Assembly (NCBI GenBank): GCA_963761335.1
Contig: CAVXGR010000021.1
Location: 192,001-256,000, forward strand
Origin: an uncultured delta proteobacterium
GTDB taxonomy: Bacteria > Desulfobacterota > Binatia > HRBIN30 > BPIQ01
Direction of reading: 5' to 3'
DNA length: 64,000 nucleotides
Shown: in pieces, positions 55,146 through 64,000 of the stretch
Numbering within the stretch: position 1 is the stretch's first letter
Layout: each line of letters starts with the position of its first letter
Position numbers and translations under genes: made by a program
Notes under the pieces: model-generated
The model's database searches: none
What the model saw: the letters and a program-made list of their open reading frames with translations, nothing else
Told to the model about the DNA's origin: nothing

Positions 55146-57306
55146 AGGTGATGGCGCCGTCGCCGAACGGATTGATGTCGAGCGACGGAAAGCCGCCGAC
55201 GATTGCGGCGCCGGTGACCACGCCGCCTCGCAGGGCTTCGCAGCTAAACGCCGAGCCCGTGGCCGCAGCGGTGCAGGTGAAGCCGCCGCAGCTGTCGTCC
55301 GGGGAGATCCGCCTGCTGTTGACGCGGTCGGCGTCGAAGATGCTGACCGACGCCGTTCCAGTGGTGAGCACGACGGGTGACTCCGTGGTGACTCCCGGCG
55401 TGTCGTCGGCCGTGCACGGCTGGCCGTCGGGGCCTTCCTGGCCGTTCTCCACCACGGTGATGCGGATGTCGGCGACGCTGATCGCGTCTCCGGCCCCCTT
55501 GACGCCGCTGAGCGCGAAGGATCGCGGGCTGTTGCAGATGCCCGGGTGCTTGGGGCTTTCCTGTGTGTCGCAGGGACTGCCCTCGACGCACGCGGTGGAC
55601 ACCTCCCCGTTGGGGTAGGAGATCGAGTCGTCGCACTCGGGGTCGTCCGGCAGCCCGGCGGCCGAGCCGCTGTTGTTCGTATTCCCCGGATTGGTGACGT
55701 GATCCTGGGCGATGTCGAAGTCGAGCTCCGGATCGCCGCCGTCACAGTCGATCGAGCCCGTGCCGTCCTCGACCAGCGTGACGCAGGCGTACCCGATTAT
55801 GCCGATGCTCACGGGGTCGAGATGAAAGTCATCCTTGGGAATGACGATGCTGGCGAGGCCCGCGGCGTCCGGGGCGCCGATCTCCATCTTGAAGGAGCCG
55901 CTCATGGAGAGGTTGAGATTGGTGTTCTTCGCTTGCAGAACCGCCTTGCTGCTGCCGTTTAGCTGGACAACCACGGTGCCGATCGGGGCGATTGGCGTCG
56001 GAGTGAGCGTCGGCGTCGGCGGCACCGTCTCGAGCACCTCGGTCTGTTCCATCGAGGAGTTGTCCTGCAGATTCGGGTCCGGAATGGCGGAGACGGCGCT
56101 GGCGGTGTTCGACACGCTCCCGGCAACCGCGGGGGCCGTGACCACCACCGAGACGTCGGCGGTGCTGCCGGCGGCGATCGTGCCGAGAGAGCAGGTCACC
56201 GCGCCGACGGCCGCGGTGCAGCTACCGGCGTCCGTGTCCGCCGACACCACCACGCCGCCGGCAGGCGGATTGTCGGTGAGGACGGCGGCGGTGGCGTCGA
56301 GCGGACCGCCGTTGTGCACGCGGATGACGTAGGTCACGTCGGTGCTCACCATCACCGGATCGGGCGAGTCGGTCTGCGACACCGAGAGGTCCGCCTGCGG
56401 CACCGGCGAGGTGTTGGTCGGTGTCTGGGTCGCCGTGCTGCTGGTCGTCTCGGTGGGCGTCGGCGTCGGCGTCGGCGGCTCGATGTGACAGCCCGGATCG
56501 CATCCGTCTCCGGGGTCGCGGTTGCCATCGTCGCATTCCTCGTTGCTGTCGATGACGCCGTCTCCACAGGTGCTCGGCCGGCACTCCACTCGCAGGGCGT
56601 CGGCGTCGTGCTCTCCCAGGACGGTGGTGGCGCCGACGCGGACCGTCTCCCGCCCTCGCAGCAGGGCGCCGGAGCGCTGCCGGCGCAGCGGCACGGTCAC
56701 GCCGAAGTCGGAGGTGCAGAGGTCGGGGGTAGAGTTCGGTGAGCCGCTCGAGAAGGTGCCATCGCGTCGGATTACGGTCAGGCCCAGCTCCTCGGCGGCC
56801 TGCTCGAGGGCCGCGGCGTTGGTGGCGTCGACGCCGTCGCGCGGGCGGTCGGGGCGCGGCTTCTTCACCTCGAAGGTGTCGACCGCGGACGGCGAGCAGG
56901 CGTCGAGACGTGCATCGTGGTTGTTGATGCAGAGGGCCACGGCGACCGAGCAGCTCTGGTTGTCGAGGTCGGGATCGAGATCGCAGCGCGGGTCGCCCTC
57001 GTAGCAGACGATGCGGTTCTTCGGCAAGCCGTTGCGGCGTAGATCGGCGGTGGCGGAGGTCCGCCATTCGAGGTGGCAATCGGTCTTCTCGCCGCCGTTG
57101 CCCGGAAGGCAGGAGCTCCCGGCGGCGCCGCCGGTACACTGGGCCGCGGCGGCCCCTGCCCACGAGAACAGGGCGGCGAGCGCCGCAAGCGCGATGAAGG
57201 TATGGCCCCTGCGGGCCGGCCGCGTTTCTCGAGTTCCTCCCTCTGGTCGGCTCACCGGATTCCTCCTGTTCGCTGGGGGCGGCCTACCCGGCGCCGCCCT
57301 CGTCAT
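55126..57306 (-). CDS. Secreted Cys-rich protein with Myxococcus Cys-rich repeat and DUF11-like Ig domain
   Basis: Signal-like FIALAALAALFSWAGAAAA; CGDGVID.NEECDDGN...DGC; ADLSVSQTDSPDPV...VHNGGP; PT linkers. Start uncertain. Confidence 0.8.
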   Translation of the reverse strand: MTRAAPGRPPPANRRNPVSRPEGGTRETRPARRGHTFIALAALAALFSWAGAAAAQCTGGAAGSSCLPGNGGEKTDCHLEWRTSATADLRRNGLPKNRIVCYEGDPRCDLDPDLDNQSCSVAVALCINNHDARLDACSPSAVDTFEVKKPRPDRPRDGVDATNAAALEQAAEELGLTVIRRDGTFSSGSPNSTPDLCTSDFGVTVPLRRQRSGALLRGRETVRVGATTVLGEHDADALRVECRPSTCGDGVIDSNEECDDGNRDPGDGCDPGCHIEPPTPTPTPTETTSSTATQTPTNTSPVPQADLSVSQTDSPDPVMVSTDVTYVIRVHNGGPLDATAAVLTDNPPAGGVVVSADTDAGSCTAAVGAVTCSLGTIAAGSTADVSVVVTAPAVAGSVSNTASAVSAIPDPNLQDNSSMEQTEVLETVPPTPTLTPTPIAPIGTVVVQLNGSSKAVLQAKNTNLNLSMSGSFKMEIGAPDAAGLASIVIPKDDFHLDPVSIGIIGYACVTLVEDGTGSIDCDGGDPELDFDIAQDHVTNPGNTNNSGSAAGLPDDPECDDSISYPNGEVSTACVEGSPCDTQESPKHPGICNSPRSFALSGVKGAGDAISVADIRITVVENGQEGPDGQPCTADDTPGVTTESPVVLTTGTASVSIFDADRVNSRRISPDDSCGGFTCTAAATGSAFSCEALRGGVVTGAAIVGGFPSLDINPFGDGAITFTLAGQ

Positions 57307-57446
57307 CTCTGATTCTCCATTCTGCCCCGCCGGACCCGCCTGTAAATTTGTCATCTCCCTTAGGGCCCTAGCTCAGCCTTTATCGCGGGCCCCGAATCCG
57401 CCGGCGGTTGCCCATGATCGGCGAAGCGAGCTAAAGAAATCTTTAG

Positions 57447-58085
57447 ATGCACCAGGCGAAGGCAGAGACTTCTCCGCAGCCCGCGGTGTTCGTAGTCGAC
57501 GACGACGCTGCCGTGCGGCAGTACCTGCAGTGGTTGATCGAGTCGATCGGTCTGCGGGCGGCGACCTTCGCCTCGGCGCGCGACTTCCTCGACGCCTACG
57601 AGCCGGAAAACCCGGGGTGCCTGATCCTCGACGTGCGTATGCCGGGGCTGAGCGGCTTCGATCTCCAGGCGGAGCTGAGGGCGCGAAACATCGACATCCC
57701 CATCATCATGATGACAGCCTACGCCGAGGTGCCGATGGCGGTGCGGGCGCTGCACGCCGGAGCCATCGATTTCATCCAGAAGCCCTTCGACGGACAGGTG
57801 CTGCTCGACCGCGTGCAGCAGGCGATTCTCCAGGACCACGACAGGCGGCGCGCGGAGGCCGAGAGGCGCGGCGTGCAGGCCCGGCTGTCGCGCTTGACCC
57901 CGCGGCAGCGCGACGTCCTCGGCGGGCTGGTCGCCGGCAAGCCGAGCAAGGTGATCGCCGCCGAGCTCGGCCTCAGCCCGAGCACCGTCGACGTGCACCG
58001 CAGCCGCATCATGGAGCGCCTCGAGGCGCAGTCTCTCCCCGATCTCTTCCGCCTCATCCTGCTCGCCAGCGGCGACCGGGAGTAG
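57447..58085 (+). CDS. FixJ-family response regulator (REC + LuxR HTH)
   Basis: VFVVDDD, CLILDVRMPGLSG, GAIDFIQKPF and LTPRQRDVL...SKVIAAELGLSPSTVDVHR. Confidence 0.93.
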   Translation: MHQAKAETSPQPAVFVVDDDAAVRQYLQWLIESIGLRAATFASARDFLDAYEPENPGCLILDVRMPGLSGFDLQAELRARNIDIPIIMMTAYAEVPMAVRALHAGAIDFIQKPFDGQVLLDRVQQAILQDHDRRRAEAERRGVQARLSRLTPRQRDVLGGLVAGKPSKVIAAELGLSPSTVDVHRSRIMERLEAQSLPDLFRLILLASGDRE

Positions 58086-58094
58086 CTCAGCGTG

Positions 58095-58236
58095 TCGGCG
58101 GCTCGGTTTCTCGGTGGCTCGGTTATCGGGTTCTCGAGTTGGCGAGTTATCGAGTCGTCGGCTTTGATGCCCCCCGAGCCAACTCCCAAACCCGATAACC
58201 CGAGCTACCGAGCCACTGACCTACCGAGCTGCCGAA
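58095..58236. repeat. Inverted array of degenerate 8-mers, family A copy 3 (right arm runs into the kinase 3' end)
   Basis: tcggcggc tcggtttc tcggtggc tcggttat cgggttct cgagttgg cgagttat ... aacccgat aacccgag ctaccgag ccactgac ctaccgag. Confidence 0.65.
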
Positions 58237-59332
58237 GCGGAATGGAGACGGAGAAGGTCGACCCCTGGTGGCTGTCGCTGGCCACGGTGATGCTTCCGCC
58301 GAGAAGCTCGACCAGGCGGTGGACGATGTAGAGCCCCAGGCCGGCACCGCCGGCGCCGCGCGAGGTTTTGCCGTGCGCCTGGCGGAAAGGCTCGAAGAGG
58401 TTCTGCAGCTCGTCGGCGGGGATGCCGATGCCGGTGTCGGCGACCGAGAAGCGCACGTCGCCGTTTGCCGCCCCGGCGGAGACGGCGACGCTGCCCTCCT
58501 CGGTGAACTTGATGGCGTTCTCGACCAGGTTCTTGAGCACCATCTTCAGCTTCACGGGATCGGTGTGCAGCGGCGGCAGAGACGACGCCACCTCCCAGCG
58601 CAGAGCGACCTTCCCCCGCTGCGCCGCCGGGATCTCCGTCTCCCCGGCGAGCTCGTCGATGAGCTCGTTCACCGACACCTCGTGCTCCTCGAGCTTCGAC
58701 GCGGTGACCTCGGCTCGCGTCAGCTCGAGAGTCGCCTGGATCAGGCGAAGGGACTGCTTGGCGCGATCGTTCACCAGGCCGAGAATCCGGCGTTTCTCGG
58801 CCTCCATGTGCTGCGTGCGCGGATCGAGCGCGAGATCGCAGTACGAGGTGATCGCGAAGATGGTGTTGCGCAGCTCGTGCGACATGGTGGCGGCGAAGTA
58901 GGTCTTGACGACGTTGGCGCGCTCCAGCTTCTCGAGCATGCGGTGGCGTTCGACGGCGTAGCGCAGGCAGCGCACCAGCAGGCGGCCGTCGAAGTGCCCC
59001 TTGACGAGATAGTCCTGCGCCCCGGCCTGCACCAGCTGCGTGCCGAGCCGCTCGTCGTCGAGGCCGGTGAGCACGATGATCGGCAGGTCGGCGCGATGCT
59101 CCAGGGTGCGCGTCAGCGTGTCCACCCCGTGCGAGTCGGGCAGCGACAGGTCGAGGAGGACGAGGTCGATGCCGCCTGCGTCAATGCACTCGAACCCTTC
59201 CTGCAGCGTCTCGACGTGATGCAGGCGAAAGTGGCCGGCCCCGAACGCGGCGAGGAGCTCGCGGAGAATGTCGGCGTCGTCGGGTTCGTCCTCGACGAGC
59301 AGCAGGCGCAGGCGGTCGGCGGGCGTGCTCAT
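58205..59332 (-). CDS. Hybrid REC-histidine kinase
   Basis: [16 protein letters not shown] and AQDYLVK receiver; SHELRN; NAIKFT, DTGIGI and GAGLGL. Confidence 0.92.
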   Translation of the reverse strand: MSTPADRLRLLLVEDEPDDADILRELLAAFGAGHFRLHHVETLQEGFECIDAGGIDLVLLDLSLPDSHGVDTLTRTLEHRADLPIIVLTGLDDERLGTQLVQAGAQDYLVKGHFDGRLLVRCLRYAVERHRMLEKLERANVVKTYFAATMSHELRNTIFAITSYCDLALDPRTQHMEAEKRRILGLVNDRAKQSLRLIQATLELTRAEVTASKLEEHEVSVNELIDELAGETEIPAAQRGKVALRWEVASSLPPLHTDPVKLKMVLKNLVENAIKFTEEGSVAVSAGAANGDVRFSVADTGIGIPADELQNLFEPFRQAHGKTSRGAGGAGLGLYIVHRLVELLGGSITVASDSHQGSTFSVSIPLRQLGRSVAR

Positions 59333-59772
59333 GTGGGCGGCAGGCGCACGAGGTCGAGCCAGAACTCGTCGATGGTCTTCACCACCGCGAAGAAATGGTC
59401 CAGGTCGAGCGGCTTGGTGATGTAGCAGTTGGCGCTCAGATCGTAGCTGCGGAGGATGTCCTTCTCCGATGCCGAGGTGGTGAGCACGACCACCGGAATG
59501 CGCTTCAGGCTCTGGTCGCGCTTGAGCTCGGCGAGCACCTCGTGGCCGCTCTTCCTCGGCAGGTTCAGATCGAGGACGATCAGATCGGGACGCGGCGCCT
59601 GGGCGTAGGGCGGCCGGCGGCGCAGGAAGTCGAGGGCCTCGACGCCGTCCTCGACGACGCTGACGCGGCTGCGCACCTGACCCTCCTTGAAGGCCTCGAG
59701 CATCAGGTGGCTGTCGTCGTCATTGTCCTCGACCAGGAGGATCTCCACCGGCTTCTGCCGAAGGCTCTCCAT
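59329..59772 (-). CDS. Single-domain response regulator (Rcp1-like)
   Basis: [39 protein letters not shown] and FWL. Confidence 0.93.
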   Translation of the reverse strand: MESLRQKPVEILLVEDNDDDSHLMLEAFKEGQVRSRVSVVEDGVEALDFLRRRPPYAQAPRPDLIVLDLNLPRKSGHEVLAELKRDQSLKRIPVVVLTTSASEKDILRSYDLSANCYITKPLDLDHFFAVVKTIDEFWLDLVRLPPT

Positions 59773-61398
59773 CTACGGTGTCTCCCTGGGGATACTAAAG
59801 AAGAAAGTTGCACCTTTTCCAAGCACGGACTCGACCCAGATACGGCCGCCATGACGCTCGACGATCTTCTTGCAGATGGCGAGACCGACGCCGGTGCCCG
59901 GATAGGCGCGGCGGCTGTGCAGGCGCTGGAAGATGACAAAGATGCGCACCGCGAACTGCTCGTCGAGACCGATGCCGTTGTCGCTCACCGAGAACAGCCA
60001 CTCGCCGCCGCTCTCCCGGGCGCTGACGTGGACGCGCGGCGGCTCGGCGCCGCGAAACTTGATGGCGTTGCCGATCAGGTTCTGAAAGAGCTGGCGCAGC
60101 TGCCCCGGGTCGGCGGCGACCATCGGCAACGGCGCGGCGGTGACGGCGGCACCGCTCTCGAGGATGGCCGTCTGCAGGTCTTCGAGCACGTCGCCCAGAA
60201 CCTGCTCGGCATTGCACGGCTCGAGCTTGCCCCCGACGGTGTCCACCCGCGAGAAGGCGAGGAGATCGTGGATCAGGTCCTGCATGCGGGCGACGGCGCC
60301 GGTGACGCGATTGATCAGCTTGTCGGCATCGTCGTCGAGCCGCTCGCGGTAACGCCGCCCGAGTAGCTGGGTGTAGCTGGCGACGGCGCGCAGCGGCTCC
60401 TGCAGGTCATGGGAGGCGACGTAGGCGAACTGCTCCAGCTCGGCGTTGGAACGCGCCAGCGCCGCCGTGCGTTGCTGCACGCGGCGCTCGAGGTCGGTGT
60501 TGAGCCGGCGAATCTCCTCCTCGGCCTGCTTGCGGTCGGTGACGTCGCGGATGACGCTGGTGACCAGCAGACCTTCCCCCGTCTCCAGCGGGCTCAGGCT
60601 CACCTCGACGGGGAACTCTTCGCCGCTGTGCCGGCGCCCGTACAGCTCGATTCCCAGGCCCATCGGCCGCAGGGCCGCGGCCTCGGCGTACTGCATCCGA
60701 TGTTGGGGGTGGATGCCGCGAAAGCGCTCCGGGATCAGCATCTCCACCGGCTGGCCGAGCATCTCATCGCGCCCGTATCCGAAGAGGTGCTCCGTCTGCG
60801 AGTTCACCAGCACGATCTCGCCGGCGCGGTTGACGATCACCATGGCATCGGGAGCCGACTCCAGCACGCCCTGAAACAGTCGCGAGAGCGTCTGCATCTG
60901 CTCGAAGGTCCGTTTCAGGCTCTCTTCCCGCCGGTCGCTGTAGGCGCGGCCGACGAGCATCATCAGCTGCGCCGTCAGCTTGGCGTAGGCGGTGATGTGG
61001 CGCGGAAAGGTCGAGCCGAGATGCGTCTCGATCACCTGGAAGCTGATGCGCGCCGAGACGTAGAGGCTCTCCAGAGAGATGCGCACGTCGGCTTCGCTCC
61101 GCAGGCTCGCGTCGATCAGCTGGGCGTTCATGCTGTAGAACGTCTCGTAGAGGCGCTCCAGGTCGCCGCTCCGCAGCTGCTGCACGACGATCACCAGGAA
61201 GGCCTCGTTGATCTCGGTGAGCTGCGCCAGGGTGACGTTCCCCGCGGGGAAGTACTCCGGCAGCGCCCGCACCAGCTCATCCGACCACTCGGCGGCGACC
61301 TGACGGCGCAAGCTCCAGAGCATCTCCGCGAGCTCTTTGAGCCGCTGGATGTCCTCGGGAGTGAGCGTCTCCGCGGCGAAGTCGAAGCGGTGGTTCAT
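59773..61398 (-). CDS. Sensor histidine kinase: globin-like N-terminal domain, PAS, Cph1-type kinase core
   Basis: LESAPDAMVIVN PAS; FAYVASHDLQEPLR; NAIKF, DNGIG, IFQRLH and GTGVGLAICKKIVERHGG. Confidence 0.92.
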   Translation of the reverse strand: MNHRFDFAAETLTPEDIQRLKELAEMLWSLRRQVAAEWSDELVRALPEYFPAGNVTLAQLTEINEAFLVIVVQQLRSGDLERLYETFYSMNAQLIDASLRSEADVRISLESLYVSARISFQVIETHLGSTFPRHITAYAKLTAQLMMLVGRAYSDRREESLKRTFEQMQTLSRLFQGVLESAPDAMVIVNRAGEIVLVNSQTEHLFGYGRDEMLGQPVEMLIPERFRGIHPQHRMQYAEAAALRPMGLGIELYGRRHSGEEFPVEVSLSPLETGEGLLVTSVIRDVTDRKQAEEEIRRLNTDLERRVQQRTAALARSNAELEQFAYVASHDLQEPLRAVASYTQLLGRRYRERLDDDADKLINRVTGAVARMQDLIHDLLAFSRVDTVGGKLEPCNAEQVLGDVLEDLQTAILESGAAVTAAPLPMVAADPGQLRQLFQNLIGNAIKFRGAEPPRVHVSARESGGEWLFSVSDNGIGLDEQFAVRIFVIFQRLHSRRAYPGTGVGLAICKKIVERHGGRIWVESVLGKGATFFFSIPRETP

Positions 61399-61473
61399 CG
61401 GGGCGCGTTGCTGAGGATATCACAGGCGCCGCTGTTGGCAGAGCAGGCCGACTCTGCTGCCCCGCAGGCCGCC

Positions 61474-61521
61474 GTAGAAGCGGCATCCCGCCGCTTCGGG
61501 AGGCGCCGAGACGGTTTCCTC
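61474..61521. repeat. GTAG-type REP with degenerate partner, family C copy 3
   Basis: GTAG-AAGCGGCA-TCC-CGCCGCTT followed by gaggcgccgagacggtttcctc. Confidence 0.6.
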
Positions 61522-61566
61522 GACGCCTTGAATTTCCGGGCGCTACGTGAATCTTGTGCAGGCGGA

Positions 61567-62877
61567 ATGGAGGACAGCAGTCCGGGCCGCAAGCTGGAGT
61601 TGCTCATCGGCGATCTGCGCCGCTGCCTCGAGCAGAGCGCGGCGGTGGACGATGCTGCCGTGGGGCGGGCTCTGGCGGCTCTCGAAGGAGAGATCGCCGA
61701 GGTGACCTCCGAGGGGCGGCTTCAGGAGGAGGTGGATCGCCACCGGCGGCTGGCGGCCCTCGGGCAGCTGACCGCGGGCATGGCTCACGACCTCAACAAC
61801 ATTCTCACCGTGGTGGTCGGTGTCGCCGAGCACCTGCGCGCCGAGGGGCGCGTCTCCAAGACGGCTCGGGAGAAGATTGCGCTGATCGCCGAGCAGGGCC
61901 ATCGCGCCAGCGATCTCATTCGCCAGATCAGCGACTTCAGCCGGCGCACCGCGACCACGGACAGACGGCGTCTCGATCTCAGGCGCTTTCTCGAGGAAGC
62001 GCTGCCACTGCTGAGTCCGGAAATACCGTCCCACATCACCGTGACCACGGAAATTCCCGCCGGGCGGCACGAGGTGCGCGCCGATCGCGTCCAGCTGCAG
62101 CAGGTCATCGCCAATCTGCTGTCGAATGCGGTCGATTCCGTGGGGGAGGGCGGAGAGATCCGCATCCAGCTGCGGGGCTTTCGCCTGGAGTCCGGCGCAG
62201 AGACGCCGCTCCCGGGCCTCAGCGCCGGAGACTGGGAGACAATGCAGGTGACCGACAACGGCAGCGGTATGTCCGCCGAGGTCCTGCCCCACGTCTTCGA
62301 GCCGTTTTTCACCACCAAGGAGACCGGCAAAGGCCGCGGCCTCGGCCTGGCGCAGGCCTACGGGCTGGTGAAGCAGAACGGCGGCTTCATCGACGTGTCC
62401 AGCCGGGCGGGGCAGGGAACCGCGGTGACCGTCTATCTGCCGGCGCTGGCGGCCGACGAGCTCGAGCCGACGCCGCTGCCGAAGCCGCGCGCCGCCCCCC
62501 GCCTCGTCGTCATCCTCATCGCCGAGGATGACGCGGCTGTGCGCGCCGTCATGCAGTGGCAGCTCGAAGGGATGGGCTACCGCGTGCTTACCGCCTCGAG
62601 TGGTGAAGAGTCGGTGCGCCTGCTTCGCGGGCAGGGGCTGGCCCCCGATCTAGCCGTCGTCGATCTGGAGATGCCCGGGATGGGCGGCGCGACGCTGTGC
62701 CGCACCTTGCGCCAGAGCCAGCCGGAGCTGCCGGTGATCGTCTTCTCCGGCTACAGCGTCGAGAGCCTGTCGCCGGAGGACCGCGCCACCCTCAGCACCA
62801 ACGTCGAGTGGTTGGAGAAGCCCGCGGCTCTCGCGGCTCTCGCCGCTGCCGTGCAGCGGCGCTTGGGGCAGAGCTGA
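61567..62877 (+). CDS. CckA-like hybrid histidine kinase (HisKA-HATPase-REC) with no clear sensor domain
   Basis: [43 protein letters not shown] and ILIAEDD...DLEMPGMGG; start placed at MEDSSPG. Confidence 0.9.
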   Translation: MEDSSPGRKLELLIGDLRRCLEQSAAVDDAAVGRALAALEGEIAEVTSEGRLQEEVDRHRRLAALGQLTAGMAHDLNNILTVVVGVAEHLRAEGRVSKTAREKIALIAEQGHRASDLIRQISDFSRRTATTDRRRLDLRRFLEEALPLLSPEIPSHITVTTEIPAGRHEVRADRVQLQQVIANLLSNAVDSVGEGGEIRIQLRGFRLESGAETPLPGLSAGDWETMQVTDNGSGMSAEVLPHVFEPFFTTKETGKGRGLGLAQAYGLVKQNGGFIDVSSRAGQGTAVTVYLPALAADELEPTPLPKPRAAPRLVVILIAEDDAAVRAVMQWQLEGMGYRVLTASSGEESVRLLRGQGLAPDLAVVDLEMPGMGGATLCRTLRQSQPELPVIVFSGYSVESLSPEDRATLSTNVEWLEKPAALAALAAAVQRRLGQS

Positions 62878-62985
62878 GACGCACCGGTCCGCCAAGGACC
62901 TGGTCGCCGCTGATGACGAGGCGAGCCGTTGCCCGTGCCGCGGCGAGAGTCCCCCTGACTGCGGATCTGTGGTTTGATCGGCCCC

Positions 62986-63579
62986 ATGATCTTCTGGCAT
63001 CGGCCTGCCACCGCCGACATGCGGCGCCATCTCGAGGGCCAGGCGGCGCTGCCGTTCTCGTACGCCGAGGTCGGGGCGACACGGCGCGATGCCGATGTGC
63101 CGCGTCGCTCCGCCGTGGACCTACTGGTCGTGGATCACAACCGTATCTGCGTCGGGCGCGGCGCCGATAACTTCGCTGCTGGGGTTGCGGCGGTGCGCCG
63201 CTGGCAGATGTTCGCTCTCGGTTGGGTCGAGCTCTGCTGGCCGGAGGCACCGATTGCCGCCGGCTCCACGGTCGGCGTGCTGGCGCGCCTGACCGGAGTG
63301 TGGTCGCTGAACGCGGCCCGCATCGTCTACGCCATCGACGAGAAGGGCGACGTCGAGCGCTTCGGCTTCGCCTATGGCACCCTGCCGGATCACGCCGAGC
63401 GAGGGGAGGAGCGCTTCTCGGTCGAATGGCATCGAGACGACGATTCGGTCTGGTACGACATCCTCGCCTTCTCGCGGCCGCAATGGCTGACCGCGCTCGG
63501 CTATCCATATGCCCGCAGACTTCAGAAGAGATTCGCCGCCGGCTCGCTGCGCGCCATGGCCGCGGCCGTCCGGCCCTGA
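62986..63579 (+). CDS. DUF1990-family protein
   Basis: FSYAEVGAT, FGFAYGTLPDHAERGEERF and YDILAFSRP. Confidence 0.88.
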   Translation: MIFWHRPATADMRRHLEGQAALPFSYAEVGATRRDADVPRRSAVDLLVVDHNRICVGRGADNFAAGVAAVRRWQMFALGWVELCWPEAPIAAGSTVGVLARLTGVWSLNAARIVYAIDEKGDVERFGFAYGTLPDHAERGEERFSVEWHRDDDSVWYDILAFSRPQWLTALGYPYARRLQKRFAAGSLRAMAAAVRP

Positions 63580-63587
63580 CCGACCCA

Positions 63588-63732
63588 CATTCCCGGTTCT
63601 CATTCCCGGTTCTCATCCCGTCGTTTTCCGTTGTTCTGCGAGCCGCGCGATCACCTCAGCTCCGTGGTTATTCGCGGCTGTCAGAGCCAATGGAAAACGA
63701 CGGGATGAGAACCGGGGATGAGGGGGAATGAG
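63588..63732. repeat. MITE/REP-like palindromic element, family B copy 2 (opposite orientation to copy 1)
   Basis: Arms at about 63599-63632 and 63689-63722; inner stem AGCCGCG/CGCGGCT; shares GCTCTGACAGCC with copy 1 on the other strand. Confidence 0.8.
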
Positions 63733-63751
63733 ACGTCCCTGGCGGGCTGGA

Positions 63752-64000
63752 TCAGTGCACCGAGTAGAAGAGCCCGAGAATCAGGCCGAAGAGGACGTGG
63801 GCGAAGACGACGGAGAGCGGCGTGCGCACGCCGTAGTGCAGCCCCATGAAGCCCGGTGGCTCCAGCTGCCGGACCACGGTGGGGCCGTACTCCTCGGTCG
63901 CCATCCGCGGGTGGATGCTCGGCAGGTTGGGCATGACCACCGTCAGCACGAAGGTCGAATGTGCCAGGCCGACGAGAACTCCGAGCCACCAGCTGGCGGC
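63752..64000 (-). CDS. Membrane protein, C-terminal fragment (5' end outside the window)
   Basis: Open to the window edge: WWLGVLVGLAHSTFVLTVVMP...HPRM...EPPGFMGLHYG..TP...AHVLFGLILG. Confidence 0.75.
   Translation of the reverse strand, partial: AASWWLGVLVGLAHSTFVLTVVMPNLPSIHPRMATEEYGPTVVRQLEPPGFMGLHYGVRTPLSVVFAHVLFGLILGLFYSVH

Noticed and set aside
60409..61566. N-terminal 386 aa of ORF 60409..62877
   Set aside because: It is the antisense of the PAS kinase and spans a REP; the real gene most likely starts at ATG 61567.
1..64000. Selenoprotein with in-frame UGA in this window
   Set aside because: The TGA stops I examined fall at natural C-termini or in ATGA/GTGA overlaps; none sits at a Cys-equivalent position. 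Manual check only, not exhaustive.

Overview
High-GC bacterial chromosomal window. The gene style (secreted proteins with Pro/Thr linkers and dockerin-like tails, actinobacteria-like lipid enzymes, many multiheme cytochromes) suggests a Binatia/deltaproteobacteria-like organism; this is inference only. The left part (1-15.5 kb) holds lipid/ester metabolism genes, large surface proteins, an ImmA/IrrE-like HExxH peptidase coupled to an XRE regulator, and a solitary tRNA-Sec. The remainder looks like a low-oxygen energy/redox region: an Hsp20-LonC-GNAT/acyl-CoA synthetase operon; mgtE with a candidate leader-peptide attenuator; an operon of two aldehyde-deformylating-oxygenase-like diiron proteins plus a 4-Cys metal-ribbon protein; a 7-gene porin-cytochrome cluster (MtrC/OmcA-type decaheme, small porin, 30 heme motifs in total); an orphan HypB; a complete V/A-type ATPase operon; a head-to-head ImcH-like/CbcL-like inner-membrane cytochrome pair; and a two-component cluster with a globin-like sensor. 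Three families of intergenic palindromic repeats recur. The strongest candidates for undescribed systems are (i) a hybrid Geobacter/Shewanella-type extracellular electron transfer chain and (ii) the diiron pair plus metal-ribbon operon. No CRISPR, rRNA, integrase or transposase was seen. All assignments come from motif recognition by eye, without database searches.
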